The notes: generated by a model not told the origin, from the letters alone. Positions 46,564 to 54,760 are shown, counted from the stretch's first letter. The stretch: DNA of 64,000 nt from Chloroflexota bacterium (GCA_947472995.1 CANJBO010000001.1:140361-204360), one strand, 5' to 3'. Numbers and translations: made by a program.

Positions 46564-47309
46564 CGGAGGTAGTTCCTGACGCGGTCGGTCATGCGTTCCT
46601 CTGCATCGTGCCAGAAGCGACCGATACGCTCCTCGTTCACGACGTTGAACGCCTCCGCGACGAGCGCCGTCGGCTCGTCGCAGTACGTGTTGATCTCATC
46701 GAGCGCGTAGCCCGCCCGCTCCAGGTGCCTCGTCATCATGCGACGAAAGCGACCGAAGTCCGGCGGGTGCGACGCGACGTCCTCGGACACTGTTACCCAC
46801 TCCACGAGGTGCTCGTCGGCGATGAACGGGATGCCGCCGGGCGGGCGCGTGGAGGCGATCGCGCTGCGGATCTGCTCCATCGCGTCGCGGTCCTCGCGGT
46901 CGCGGCGGTCCAGCTCGTACTGGAGCGCGCGGTCCAGGACGTTCGCCCGCGGGTCCTCCGGCTGCCCGGAGAGCGCGCCGAAGTGCGGGCGGTAGACCTC
47001 GCTGATGAACGACTCGTCCAGCACCAGGTGCGTCAGGTAGCCCGCGATGAACGCCGTCGTCGCGGCGTCCAGCCCGGCGGGCAGCGCGAGGCCCGGGTGC
47101 GCGGCGAACATCGCCGCCACCGAGTCCTGCGCCGCCAGCTCGTCCAGCTCGAAGAAGTGCGTCACCCGCCGGTCCATGCGCGTGATCACGCGGATGTCCG
47201 GCGCCGTGCTGCCGAGGTAGAACGCGCCGCGATCGGCATCGATCTCCGGCAGGCCGAGGCGGTCCGCGACGATCCGGGCGTGCGCCATGTGCGACCCGAG
47301 CGAGGGCAT
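46560..47309 (-). CDS. Hypothetical protein, zinc-dependent phospholipase C-like (PLC/P1 nuclease superfamily-like) N-terminus, embedded in the his operon
   Basis: GSHMAHARI...YLGSTAPDI...THFF...GYLTHLVLDE is a His/Asp pattern. It is translationally coupled to hisD and lies 20 nt after hisG. The family assignment is tentative. Confidence 0.55.
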   Translation of the reverse strand: MPSLGSHMAHARIVADRLGLPEIDADRGAFYLGSTAPDIRVITRMDRRVTHFFELDELAAQDSVAAMFAAHPGLALPAGLDAATTAFIAGYLTHLVLDESFISEVYRPHFGALSGQPEDPRANVLDRALQYELDRRDREDRDAMEQIRSAIASTRPPGGIPFIADEHLVEWVTVSEDVASHPPDFGRFRRMMTRHLERAGYALDEINTYCDEPTALVAEAFNVVNEERIGRFWHDAEERMTDRVRNYLR

Positions 47310-47329
47310 CGTGCTCCCGTGTTCTCGCG

Positions 47330-48748
47330 CTACTCGACCGCCGCGGAGGCGGCCGTGAGGCGTTCGACGAAGCGGTCGCGCAGTTCGCCTCGACGGCCCG
47401 GAGGGCGCGTCGCGGCGCCGATCGCGCAGTTCGTCGACTCCATGATCACGTCAATCATACGCAGGCGGTTGGCGCGCAGCGTGCTGCCCGTCTCCGTGCC
47501 CTCGATCAGGATCTCCGCGTCCTCCGGGACGAAGCCCTCCGAGGCGCCCGAGATCGGGATCACGCGGTACTCGCCCAGGTGCCGCGAGCGCGCGTACTCG
47601 TCCGCGAGGGCCGCGTACTCGGATGCGACGCGGATCGGCCGCTTCGGGTCGTCCCGGCGCCAGATCGCGATCGCCTCCTCGATCGACTCGACCGCGAGGT
47701 CCTCCGTGATGACGGCGCCCATGCGGTACTTCGATCGCTTCAGGTCGCACAGCTCGACGACGGGCGCCGAAGGGAACGACGCCGTGAACGCGCGCAGCCA
47801 GTCCCGCCCCGTCATCGCGAGGTCGAAGTGGCCGAGCGCGACGGCGCGCGGCATGTCCTGCGGGCGCATCACCTTCACGATCACCTCGGGGTCGCTGGAG
47901 ACGGGGTGGCGGTCGGCACGCCCCTCCTCGTAGCCCTCGAAGGTGATGCCGGCCTCGGCGAGCGCGGTGACGGTGTGGCGCTGCGCGTGGCCGTCCGGCA
48001 CGGCGATGCGGAACGTCTCGCGCGCGACGGCCGGTCGCGGCGCCGCGCGGCGCACCTCCAGCGGCAACGGTGCGACGACGCCGCCCCAGTCGTTGCCGCC
48101 CGGCAGCGCGAGCAGCGGCGTGAGCGCCGCCGACAGGTCGCGCGTGGCGAGCGCGGCGCGGTTGGCGATCAGCCATACGCCGCCACGGTGCACCTCGTCG
48201 AGGATGCTCAGGCCCTCGCGCGCGGCGGCGGAGGCCGTGCAGATCGCCAGCTCAGCGTCCTCGGGCGGCCAGGCCTCGGCCTGCGCCCAGACCTCGTACA
48301 GCCGGTAGTCCGGGACGCGCAGGCGCGTCAGGTAGTGCTGCGCGATGTTCGGGTACTCGGTGGCGACACGCATGACGCCGGCGGCGGCGAGCCCCTCGAG
48401 GCTCGTCCCCGGCGCGCCCGCCGCGACCAGCGTCTCGCCCTCGATGTCGAGGCGGCGCAGCGGAACGATCGAGTCGTTCGGGAAGCGCACCAGCAGCTCG
48501 TCGATCCACATGCGGCTGGCGATGCCGAAATCGAACTGGCCCATCGCGACCTGGATCGGGATGTCGTTGTCGGAGAACACGCGCACCTGCACGCCGGGCC
48601 GGTCGTTCACGTCGAAGCGGTACGAGCGCGAGCCCTCGCCGTAGCCCTCGACGATGAAGCTCGCCGCCGCCAGCCGCTCCGCGACGGGCGTGCGCAGGTC
48701 GCCACGCGGCAGCGCGACGCGCACGGGACGTGCGTCTGCCGGGCTCAC
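47330..48748 (-). CDS. hisG: ATP phosphoribosyltransferase, internally duplicated (two tandem short-form HisG modules in one 472-aa protein)
   Basis: The C-terminal half carries canonical motifs (RPQDMPRAVALGHFDLAMTGRDWL, RVASEYAAL, ILIEGTETGSTLRANRL). The N-terminal half aligns to it (VRVALPRG / FRIAVPDG; EGYGEG / EGYEEG; DIPIQVAMGQFDFGIASRMWI; RVATEYPNI), but the PRPP-loop equivalent is degenerate (ICTASAAAREGL). Confidence 0.85.
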   Translation of the reverse strand: MSPADARPVRVALPRGDLRTPVAERLAAASFIVEGYGEGSRSYRFDVNDRPGVQVRVFSDNDIPIQVAMGQFDFGIASRMWIDELLVRFPNDSIVPLRRLDIEGETLVAAGAPGTSLEGLAAAGVMRVATEYPNIAQHYLTRLRVPDYRLYEVWAQAEAWPPEDAELAICTASAAAREGLSILDEVHRGGVWLIANRAALATRDLSAALTPLLALPGGNDWGGVVAPLPLEVRRAAPRPAVARETFRIAVPDGHAQRHTVTALAEAGITFEGYEEGRADRHPVSSDPEVIVKVMRPQDMPRAVALGHFDLAMTGRDWLRAFTASFPSAPVVELCDLKRSKYRMGAVITEDLAVESIEEAIAIWRRDDPKRPIRVASEYAALADEYARSRHLGEYRVIPISGASEGFVPEDAEILIEGTETGSTLRANRLRMIDVIMESTNCAIGAATRPPGRRGELRDRFVERLTAASAAVE

Positions 48749-49770
48749 GAGCGCACCTCGTCGCCGAGCAGGTCCGCGAGGCCGAGGAGGTCGGCGCCCC
48801 AGCCGCAGCCGGGCGCGGCCACGCCGCCGATCGTCTCCGCAAGGCCGTCGTAGCGGCCGCCGCTGATGCAGTCGCGACCGGCCGCGGTGAAGCGGAACGT
48901 GATCCCGCTGTAGTACTCAAAGGAGCGCGCGGTGCCGGCGCGCACGCGGAACGGCACGCCCGCCGCCTCGAGGGCGCGCGCGGCGGCCTCCAGCTCTTCG
49001 AGCGCGGCGGCGGCGGCCGGGATCACCGGCAGCACGGCGGCACGCAGGTTCGCGACGTAGCCAACCGAGATGCCATCGACCTCGGACAGCAGGCGCAGCG
49101 CGGCAGCGCCCTGCGGGTGCGAGGCGACGAGGTCGGCGGTCACGCCGGGGTCACCCTCCAGCACGCGGTCGTACGCCTCGATCTGCTCGGTCACGCTCAG
49201 GCCGGCGGCGGCGAAGGCCAGACGCACGAGGCCCGCGTGCGCGAGGTCGCACGACACGGCGTCGATGCCCAGCGCGCCGAGCGTGTCGCGCGCGAGCAGC
49301 AGCAGCTCGGCGTCCGCGGTGGCACCACCGGCGCCGAACAGCTCGACACCGCACTGCCAGACCTCGCGGTCACCATCGGCGGCGAAGCGGTAGACCGGCT
49401 GCACGTACGAGACGCGCTGCTCGGCGGTCCCACCGGCGGCGCGGCCCTGCTCGGCGTACCAACGCGCGACGGCGACCGTCGCGTCCGGGCGCAGCACCAC
49501 GCGCTCGCCGCTCCACCCGTCCCAGTCGAGGAAGGAGTAGACGCGGTCCAGCGCCTGCGGCGAGAGCGTGCCCGCGGCGGTGAACAGGTGCAGCGGCTCA
49601 ATCGTGGGGGTGCGGATCTCCCGGTAGCCCGCCGCCGCAGCCGCCTCGAGGAAGCGCGCCTCGATGCGGCGGAAGCGCGCCATGTCGCCGGGACCGAGGT
49701 CCCGCATTCCGTTGCTGCGCAGTCCCTGCTCGGGCATGGGCGTCTCCATCGTCAGTGTGCTCTCGGGCAT
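48745..49770 (-). CDS. hisZ: ATP phosphoribosyltransferase regulatory subunit HisZ (HisRS paralog)
   Basis: MRDLGPGDM, GYREIRTPTIEP and LRPDATVAVAR. I chose ATG 49770, which has GAGGA 7 nt upstream. The ORF track extends to 49815. It overlaps the hisG start. Confidence 0.85.
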   Translation of the reverse strand: MPESTLTMETPMPEQGLRSNGMRDLGPGDMARFRRIEARFLEAAAAAGYREIRTPTIEPLHLFTAAGTLSPQALDRVYSFLDWDGWSGERVVLRPDATVAVARWYAEQGRAAGGTAEQRVSYVQPVYRFAADGDREVWQCGVELFGAGGATADAELLLLARDTLGALGIDAVSCDLAHAGLVRLAFAAAGLSVTEQIEAYDRVLEGDPGVTADLVASHPQGAAALRLLSEVDGISVGYVANLRAAVLPVIPAAAAALEELEAAARALEAAGVPFRVRAGTARSFEYYSGITFRFTAAGRDCISGGRYDGLAETIGGVAAPGCGWGADLLGLADLLGDEVRS

Positions 49771-49895
49771 TCTACGTTCCTCGGCTGGTCGGCTCGTCGA
49801 TGTGGGTCGGAGCATTCGCGGGCCTCGATGGGCGCGGCGACACGGGCGACGCCGTCACGCGTGGCCTGGGATTGCGGTCGACGGGATGAGGGTCG

Positions 49896-50029
49896 TTACC
49901 GAGACAGGCGCGCGCGCGACGGCATGGCATGCACATGGGCATGCGTGCTGTGGGTGGCGGCGCCGGAGATGCGGGTCGCGTCTCGGTTCATCGTGATCGG
50001 AGCCTACGGGCGGGCTCCCGCACGATCAA
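49896..50029 (-). promoter_or_regulatory. Candidate his-operon leader: promoter TTGATC-17-TAGGCT plus a 31-codon His-rich small ORF
   Basis: Minus-strand -35 at 50029-50024 and -10 at 50006-50001. The ATG follows 9 nt later at 49991. The sORF reads MNRDATRISGAATHSTHAHVHAMPSRARLSR* (four His in eight residues) and stops at 49896, 125 nt before the hisZ ATG. Confidence 0.3.
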
Positions 50030-50039
50030 CACGAGGCCG

Positions 50040-50846
50040 TTAAGCCTCGACGCCCGTCTGGGGCTCGGCGTAACGCGTCGTGATGGCGTCGCCGGCGGCG
50101 AACGAGCGCCGGTCGCCGTTGTCGAGGAGCAGCACCAGCTCGCCCGAGGGCGACACGTCCACCGCCTCGCCCTCGACGTCGCCGCCCGGCGTGTGCAGCC
50201 GCACCCGCCGCCCGAGCGTGACGAGGTGAGCGCGCCAGTCGGCGATCAGCCCCGCCGGGTCGACCTCCGCCTGCATCGCGCGGCGCTCGATGGCGCCCGC
50301 GAGCGCGCCGAGCAGCACCTCCCGCGCCGGCGGCTCCACGCCCGCCTCGGCGACGCTGGTGGCGATCGCGGCGACCTCCGGCGGTAGGTCGCCCCCGCTC
50401 GTCAGGTTCACGCCGATGCCGAGGAAGACGTCGGTGCGCGTCGCGTTATGTCGCGCCTCGGCGAGCACGCCGCAGAGCTTGCGGCCGTCGTGCAGGAGGT
50501 CGTTCGGCCACTTGAGGTCGACGATCAGCCCGCAGCTGAGACGCAGCGCGTCCGCCACCGCCAGCCCCCCGGCGATCGAGAGCAGTGGCGCGTGCGCGGC
50601 GACCTTCGGGATGAGGTGGTACGTGACGTACAGGCCGACGTCCGCGGCGGAGATCCACGTCCGGCGCTCACGTCCTCGGCCGGCCGTCTGCTCCCCCGCG
50701 ACGTACGCGGTGCCCGCCGGCTGGCCCGCCGCCGCCCCCGCGCGCGCCTCGTCCATCGTCGAGGCGACGGAGTCGCGGTACACCAGCAGTGCGCCGACCG
50801 TGGCGGAGCGTCGGGAGGCGCGGTAGCGCTCGAAGTCGAACGGCAT
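50040..50846 (-). CDS. birA: Biotin--[acetyl-CoA-carboxylase] ligase, group I (no N-terminal HTH domain)
   Basis: GEQTAGRGRERRTW, KWPNDLL and GIGVN. At 268 aa it begins directly with the catalytic domain. Confidence 0.88.
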   Translation of the reverse strand: MPFDFERYRASRRSATVGALLVYRDSVASTMDEARAGAAAGQPAGTAYVAGEQTAGRGRERRTWISAADVGLYVTYHLIPKVAAHAPLLSIAGGLAVADALRLSCGLIVDLKWPNDLLHDGRKLCGVLAEARHNATRTDVFLGIGVNLTSGGDLPPEVAAIATSVAEAGVEPPAREVLLGALAGAIERRAMQAEVDPAGLIADWRAHLVTLGRRVRLHTPGGDVEGEAVDVSPSGELVLLLDNGDRRSFAAGDAITTRYAEPQTGVEA

Positions 50847-50940
50847 GGCTGGATCCTTAACGTCGAGGCGTCCCCCTCGGACGGCTCGACTCCATGATCG
50901 ACGCTACGTGCCTCACGGCACAGTGGATGGGTCCGGATAC

Positions 50941-51121
50941 GGAAAGGGCGCCCCGGCCGTGGCCGGGACGCCCTTGATCGTCGATTCAGGATCGGGGGTT
51001 AGGTTTCAGACACCTCCGAAGAGACGCCCGTGTTTCCCGAGACCTGGCGACTACTGTCATCTGACACTAGCATCACCCCCTTTCCTGTTTTCTACGATAG
51101 CAGGACGGGGAAGGTTGTCAA
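50941..51121 (-). ncRNA. Candidate structured RNA (sRNA or riboswitch-like birA leader): promoter TTGACA-16-TATCGT, about 145-nt folded transcript, terminator
   Basis: Perfect -35 at 51121-51116 and -10 at 51099-51094. A closing helix pairs AGGAaaGGGGG (51086-51076) with CCCCCgaUCCU (50998-50988). Inside it lie a hairpin at 51070-51051 and a 10-bp UUCG-tetraloop hairpin at 51030-51007 whose four G-U pairs form only on the minus strand. The terminator is at 50975-50944. The region is AT-richer than its surroundings. Confidence 0.4.
50944..50975 (-). terminator. Strong GC hairpin followed by a short U-tract (intrinsic terminator candidate)
   Basis: On the minus strand: AAGGGCGUCCCGGCC-ACGG-CCGGGGCGCCCUU (one mismatch), followed by UCC. 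Confidence 0.55.
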
Positions 51122-51173
51122 CGCCTACCGATCAGCAGCCTGATCCGATCTTGCAACCCACAATTCGCCGAGG

Positions 51174-52529
51174 TCAGCCGGCGGTTACGGCCGCGATCGC
51201 CCGCGCGGTCGCCTCGACGATCTGGTCGACCTCGGCGGCGCTGACGATCAGCGGCGGCGCGAAAACGATGTTGTCGCCGACGAAGCGGGTGATGACCCCG
51301 CCCTCCTCGCGCAGGTGGCGTGCGACGCGCCCCCCGATGCCGTCCGACGCCGCGTACGCCTCGCCGGTGGCGGCATCCTTCACCAGCGTCAGTCCCGCGA
51401 TCAGGCCGAGGTGACGCAGGTTCGTGACGTGCGCGTGCTTGCCGAGCGCCTGCTCGAAGGCGTCGCCCATGCGCGCACCCATCGCCGCGGCGTTCTCGAG
51501 GAGGCGCTCGTCCTCCATGATCTTCAGATTGCGCAGGCCGACCGCGCTGGCCGTCGGGTGCGCGCTGTTGGTGTACGCGTGCATGAACCGCGCGTCCGGC
51601 GGCAGGTCATGGAGCGCCTCGGCAATCGGCTTCGACACGATGAACGCGCCCATCGGGATGTAGCCCGAGGTGATCGCCTTCGCGATGGACAGGATGTCCG
51701 GCTGCACGCCCCACCGCTCGAGGGCGAACCAGTAGCCGGTGCGCCCGAAGCCCGTGATCACCTCGTCGGCGATGAAGAGCACGTCGTAGCGGTCGCAGAT
51801 CTCGCGGATGCGCTCGAAGTAGCCGTCGGCGGGCGTCCACACGCCGCCGGCGCCCTTCACCGGCTCCGCGATGAACGCCGCCACGGTGTCGGGGCCCTCG
51901 CGCAGGATCGCGGCCTCCAGCCAGTGCGCGCACTCGCCGTCGCTGTTCGGCTCGCAGTCGCACTCGAGGTTGTCGGGCTTCTTCGTGTGCACGATGTTCG
52001 GGTCCAGCGGGCCGAAGTACTTCCAGAAGACCGGCAGGCCGGTCATCGCGGAGGTCGCCAGCGTGCCGCCGTGGTAGGCGCGCTCGCGCGCGATCAGCTT
52101 CACCTTGCTCGGGCGCCCCTGCAGGTTCCAGTAGAAGCGCGCCGTCTTGAACGCGCCCTCGTTCGACTCCGAGCCGGAGTTCGTGAAGAAGACCGCCGCC
52201 ATGTTGTCGTACGCGAGGCTGACGACCTTCGCCGCGAGCTGGATCGCGGGTACGTTCGAGAAGCCGACGTAGTTGTTGGTGAACGCGACCTTGCGGATCT
52301 GCTCGGCGGCGGCGTCCGCGAGCTCGCCCCGGCCGTGGCCGACGGCGACGTTCCACAGCGACGACAGCGCGTCGATGTAGCGCTTGCCCTTCACGTCCGT
52401 AAGCCAGACGCCCTCGCCGTGATCGAAGATCACCGGCGCCTGGTGGTCCGGCGCGTAGTACTGCGGGTGCAGGAGGTGCGCGAGGTCCTCGTGGACGTAC
52501 TGCGCGTAGGTCTGCTCGTCGATCGTCAT
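51174..52529 (-). CDS. Class III PLP-dependent aminotransferase (omega-transaminase-like)
   Basis: VFFTNSGSESNEGAFK, FIADEVITGFGRTG and SIAKAITSGYIPMG. 451 aa. Confidence 0.88.
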   Translation of the reverse strand: MTIDEQTYAQYVHEDLAHLLHPQYYAPDHQAPVIFDHGEGVWLTDVKGKRYIDALSSLWNVAVGHGRGELADAAAEQIRKVAFTNNYVGFSNVPAIQLAAKVVSLAYDNMAAVFFTNSGSESNEGAFKTARFYWNLQGRPSKVKLIARERAYHGGTLATSAMTGLPVFWKYFGPLDPNIVHTKKPDNLECDCEPNSDGECAHWLEAAILREGPDTVAAFIAEPVKGAGGVWTPADGYFERIREICDRYDVLFIADEVITGFGRTGYWFALERWGVQPDILSIAKAITSGYIPMGAFIVSKPIAEALHDLPPDARFMHAYTNSAHPTASAVGLRNLKIMEDERLLENAAAMGARMGDAFEQALGKHAHVTNLRHLGLIAGLTLVKDAATGEAYAASDGIGGRVARHLREEGGVITRFVGDNIVFAPPLIVSAAEVDQIVEATARAIAAVTAG

Positions 52530-52631
52530 CGGACCGCTCCTTGCTGGCGCGTGTGGATCGCGTGGCCCTCGAGGTTCGGGACGAGGTGCCGCGGGTGCCG
52601 TGCTGCGAGTCTACCCGCTGGCGAGCCGCTG

Positions 52632-54206
52632 CTAGCCGACGAGGCGCGCGATCTCCTCGCGCGCGACGGCCCGGTCGTCCCACGGGCGCGGGCCATCGGC
52701 GTACTCGATGGTCGACTCGTGGCCCTTGCCGGCGATCAGCACCAGGTCGCCCGGCTGCGCCACAGCCAGCGCCCGCGCGATCGCGGCTCGCCGGTCGGCG
52801 ATGCGCTCGAAGCAGTGCCCCTCGCTCACGCCCTCGACGGCGCCGGCGGCGAGCATCGCCTGCGCGATCTCGTCGATGATCGCCTCGGACGGCTCGCTGC
52901 GCGGGTCCTCATCGGTGAGGATCGAGACGTCGATCAACTCGGCCGCTGCGGTGCCGAGGCCGCTGCGGCGCTCGCGCGCCCGCTCCCCGGCGCAGCCGAA
53001 GACCGCGATGATCCGGCCCTCCTCGACGATCGGGCGCAGCGCCTGCACGGCATTGCGCAGCGCGGCGCCCGTGTGCGCGTAGTCCACGATCACCCCGAAC
53101 GGCGCGCCGGCGATCGGCTCCATGCGGCCGGGGACGCCGCTGCACGCCGCCACGCCGACGGCGGCCTGCTCGATCGGCAGGCGCAGCGCGGCGGCGACCG
53201 TCAGCGCCGCGGTCGCGTTCGCGGCGTTGTACGCGCCGGGGAGCTTGATGCTGCACTCGATGTACTCGTCGTCCGCGACGACGGCGAACGTCGCGCCGTC
53301 CGGCCAGAGCATCAGGTCCTCGACGTGGACGTCCGCCTCCACGTCATCGATCGCGTAGGTCACGGCGCGCGCGGCGGTGCGACCGGCGAAGTACTTCCAC
53401 GCGGGGTCGTCGCGGTTCAGCACAGCACTGCGACGAACGCGCGCGGCCTTGCCCGCCTTCTCGGGACGCGGCTCGTCGAGGAGCTCGAACAGTCGCCCCT
53501 TCGCGGCGCGGTAGTGCTCCATCGTGCCGTGGTAGTCGAGGTGGTCGCTCGTGAGGTTCGTGAACACCGCGACGTCGAACGCGCAGCCGTCGAGGCGGTG
53601 CAGGTCGAGGCCGATCGAGGTGCTCTCGACCACGGCGTGCGTGCATCCGGCGTCGACCATCTCCGCCAGCATCCGCTGCACGAACGGCGCCTCCTGCGAG
53701 GTCAGCCGCGTCGGGTTCGGCAGCACGCGGCCGGCGATCCTCGACTCGATCGTCGTGAGCAGGCCGGCGGTGATGCCGCATGCCTCGAGGGCCGCGAGCA
53801 CGAGGAAGCTGGTCGTGGACTTGCCGTCGGTGCCGGTGATGCCGATCACGGTCATCTGCTGCGCGGGGTACCCCTCGTGCGCCGCGCTGATCGTGGCGAG
53901 GGCGACGCGCGTGTCCGGCACCTCGACGACCCGCACGCCGAGGTCGCCCAGCGCGCCCGCGTGACCCGCCTGCGCGACGAGTGCGACCGCGCCGCGTGCG
54001 ACCGCCTGCGGCGCGAAGGCGTGCCCGTCCGCCTGCCCGCCGACGATGCACACGAAGACGTCGCCCGCCTCCACGTCACGCGAGTCGAAGCGGATGGCGC
54101 GCGCCGGCGGCAGGCTCGCGCGCGCCTCGGCGGACACGTCGGCCGGGAGGCCGGCACGCCAGTCGCCACGCGGCGCGGGTGGAGTCGAGGTGGGGTCGGC
54201 GGTCAT
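52632..54206 (-). CDS. murE: UDP-N-acetylmuramoyl-L-alanyl-D-glutamate--2,6-diaminopimelate ligase
   Basis: VIGITGTDGKSTT, DYAHTGAAL and GKGHE. Confidence 0.92.
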   Translation of the reverse strand: MTADPTSTPPAPRGDWRAGLPADVSAEARASLPPARAIRFDSRDVEAGDVFVCIVGGQADGHAFAPQAVARGAVALVAQAGHAGALGDLGVRVVEVPDTRVALATISAAHEGYPAQQMTVIGITGTDGKSTTSFLVLAALEACGITAGLLTTIESRIAGRVLPNPTRLTSQEAPFVQRMLAEMVDAGCTHAVVESTSIGLDLHRLDGCAFDVAVFTNLTSDHLDYHGTMEHYRAAKGRLFELLDEPRPEKAGKAARVRRSAVLNRDDPAWKYFAGRTAARAVTYAIDDVEADVHVEDLMLWPDGATFAVVADDEYIECSIKLPGAYNAANATAALTVAAALRLPIEQAAVGVAACSGVPGRMEPIAGAPFGVIVDYAHTGAALRNAVQALRPIVEEGRIIAVFGCAGERARERRSGLGTAAAELIDVSILTDEDPRSEPSEAIIDEIAQAMLAAGAVEGVSEGHCFERIADRRAAIARALAVAQPGDLVLIAGKGHESTIEYADGPRPWDDRAVAREEIARLVG

Positions 54207-54212
54207 GCGTGC

Positions 54213-54218
54213 ATCGTA
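54213..54218 (-). promoter_or_regulatory. Candidate -10 box TACGAT, 6 nt upstream of the murE ATG (possible leaderless mRNA)
   Basis: The minus strand reads TACGAT-gcacgc-ATG and there is no RBS. Confidence 0.35.
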
Positions 54219-54313
54219 GGACGCGGCTCGGCTGCGGTCGCTGGGATTGCGGGTGCGCGCTGTAGAATCTACCGTGCCTCGGCGGACATCGATGGTTCAA
54301 GACAGGACACAAC

Positions 54314-54760
54314 GTGGCGATTCACCTCGACGACGACATGCAGACGGCGATCAACAACGCGTTCACGGACGGCTGCCCGATCATCTGGGCGACCGCCGGC
54401 GCGGACGGCCAGCCCTCGCTCGGGTTCTTCGGCACGACGCAGGCGTACAGCGACCACGAGATCGCGCTGTGGATGCGCACGCCCGCCCGAGGCTTCCTGA
54501 AGCGCATCGCGGAGAACCCGCAGGCGACGATGCAGTACCGCAACCCGGGCACGCGCACCGCGTTCCAGATCCACGGCGAGGCCCGCGTCGCGAACGACCC
54601 CGAGATCGACCGGCAGGTCTACGACAACTCCGCCGAGGCCGAGCGCAACAACGACCCGGAGCGCAAGGGTCTGGCCGTGATCATGGAGATCACCCGCATC
54701 ATCCAGCGCGGCGAGGTCATCCAGTCCCGCGACGGCGACACCGGCGCGAAGGTCGACTAG
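54314..54760 (+). CDS. Pyridoxamine 5'-phosphate oxidase family (PPOX-class) protein
   Basis: 148 aa with a split-barrel FMN-binding-like pattern (CPIIWATAGADGQPSLGFFGT, ALWMRTP). GTG start. Confidence 0.7.
   Translation: MAIHLDDDMQTAINNAFTDGCPIIWATAGADGQPSLGFFGTTQAYSDHEIALWMRTPARGFLKRIAENPQATMQYRNPGTRTAFQIHGEARVANDPEIDRQVYDNSAEAERNNDPERKGLAVIMEITRIIQRGEVIQSRDGDTGAKVD

Noticed and set aside
49921-49960. The GCATG-rich segment upstream of hisZ, considered as a metal-regulator (for example Ni/Co) operator because of repeated GCATGC palindromes.
   Set aside because: There is no regulator or metal-related gene nearby. The His-codon/leader interpretation explains the same sequence with fewer assumptions, and both remain unproven.
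50999-51073. 24-codon ORF (MLVSDDSSRQVSGNTGVSSEVSET) inside the candidate RNA upstream of birA, preceded by a GGAAAGGGGG purine tract.
   Set aside because: Its third codon positions are AT-rich (cta, tca, gat, agt, gga, tct, gaa), unlike every confident gene here. The purine tract is better explained as one strand of the closing helix. I cannot fully exclude a dual-function RNA.
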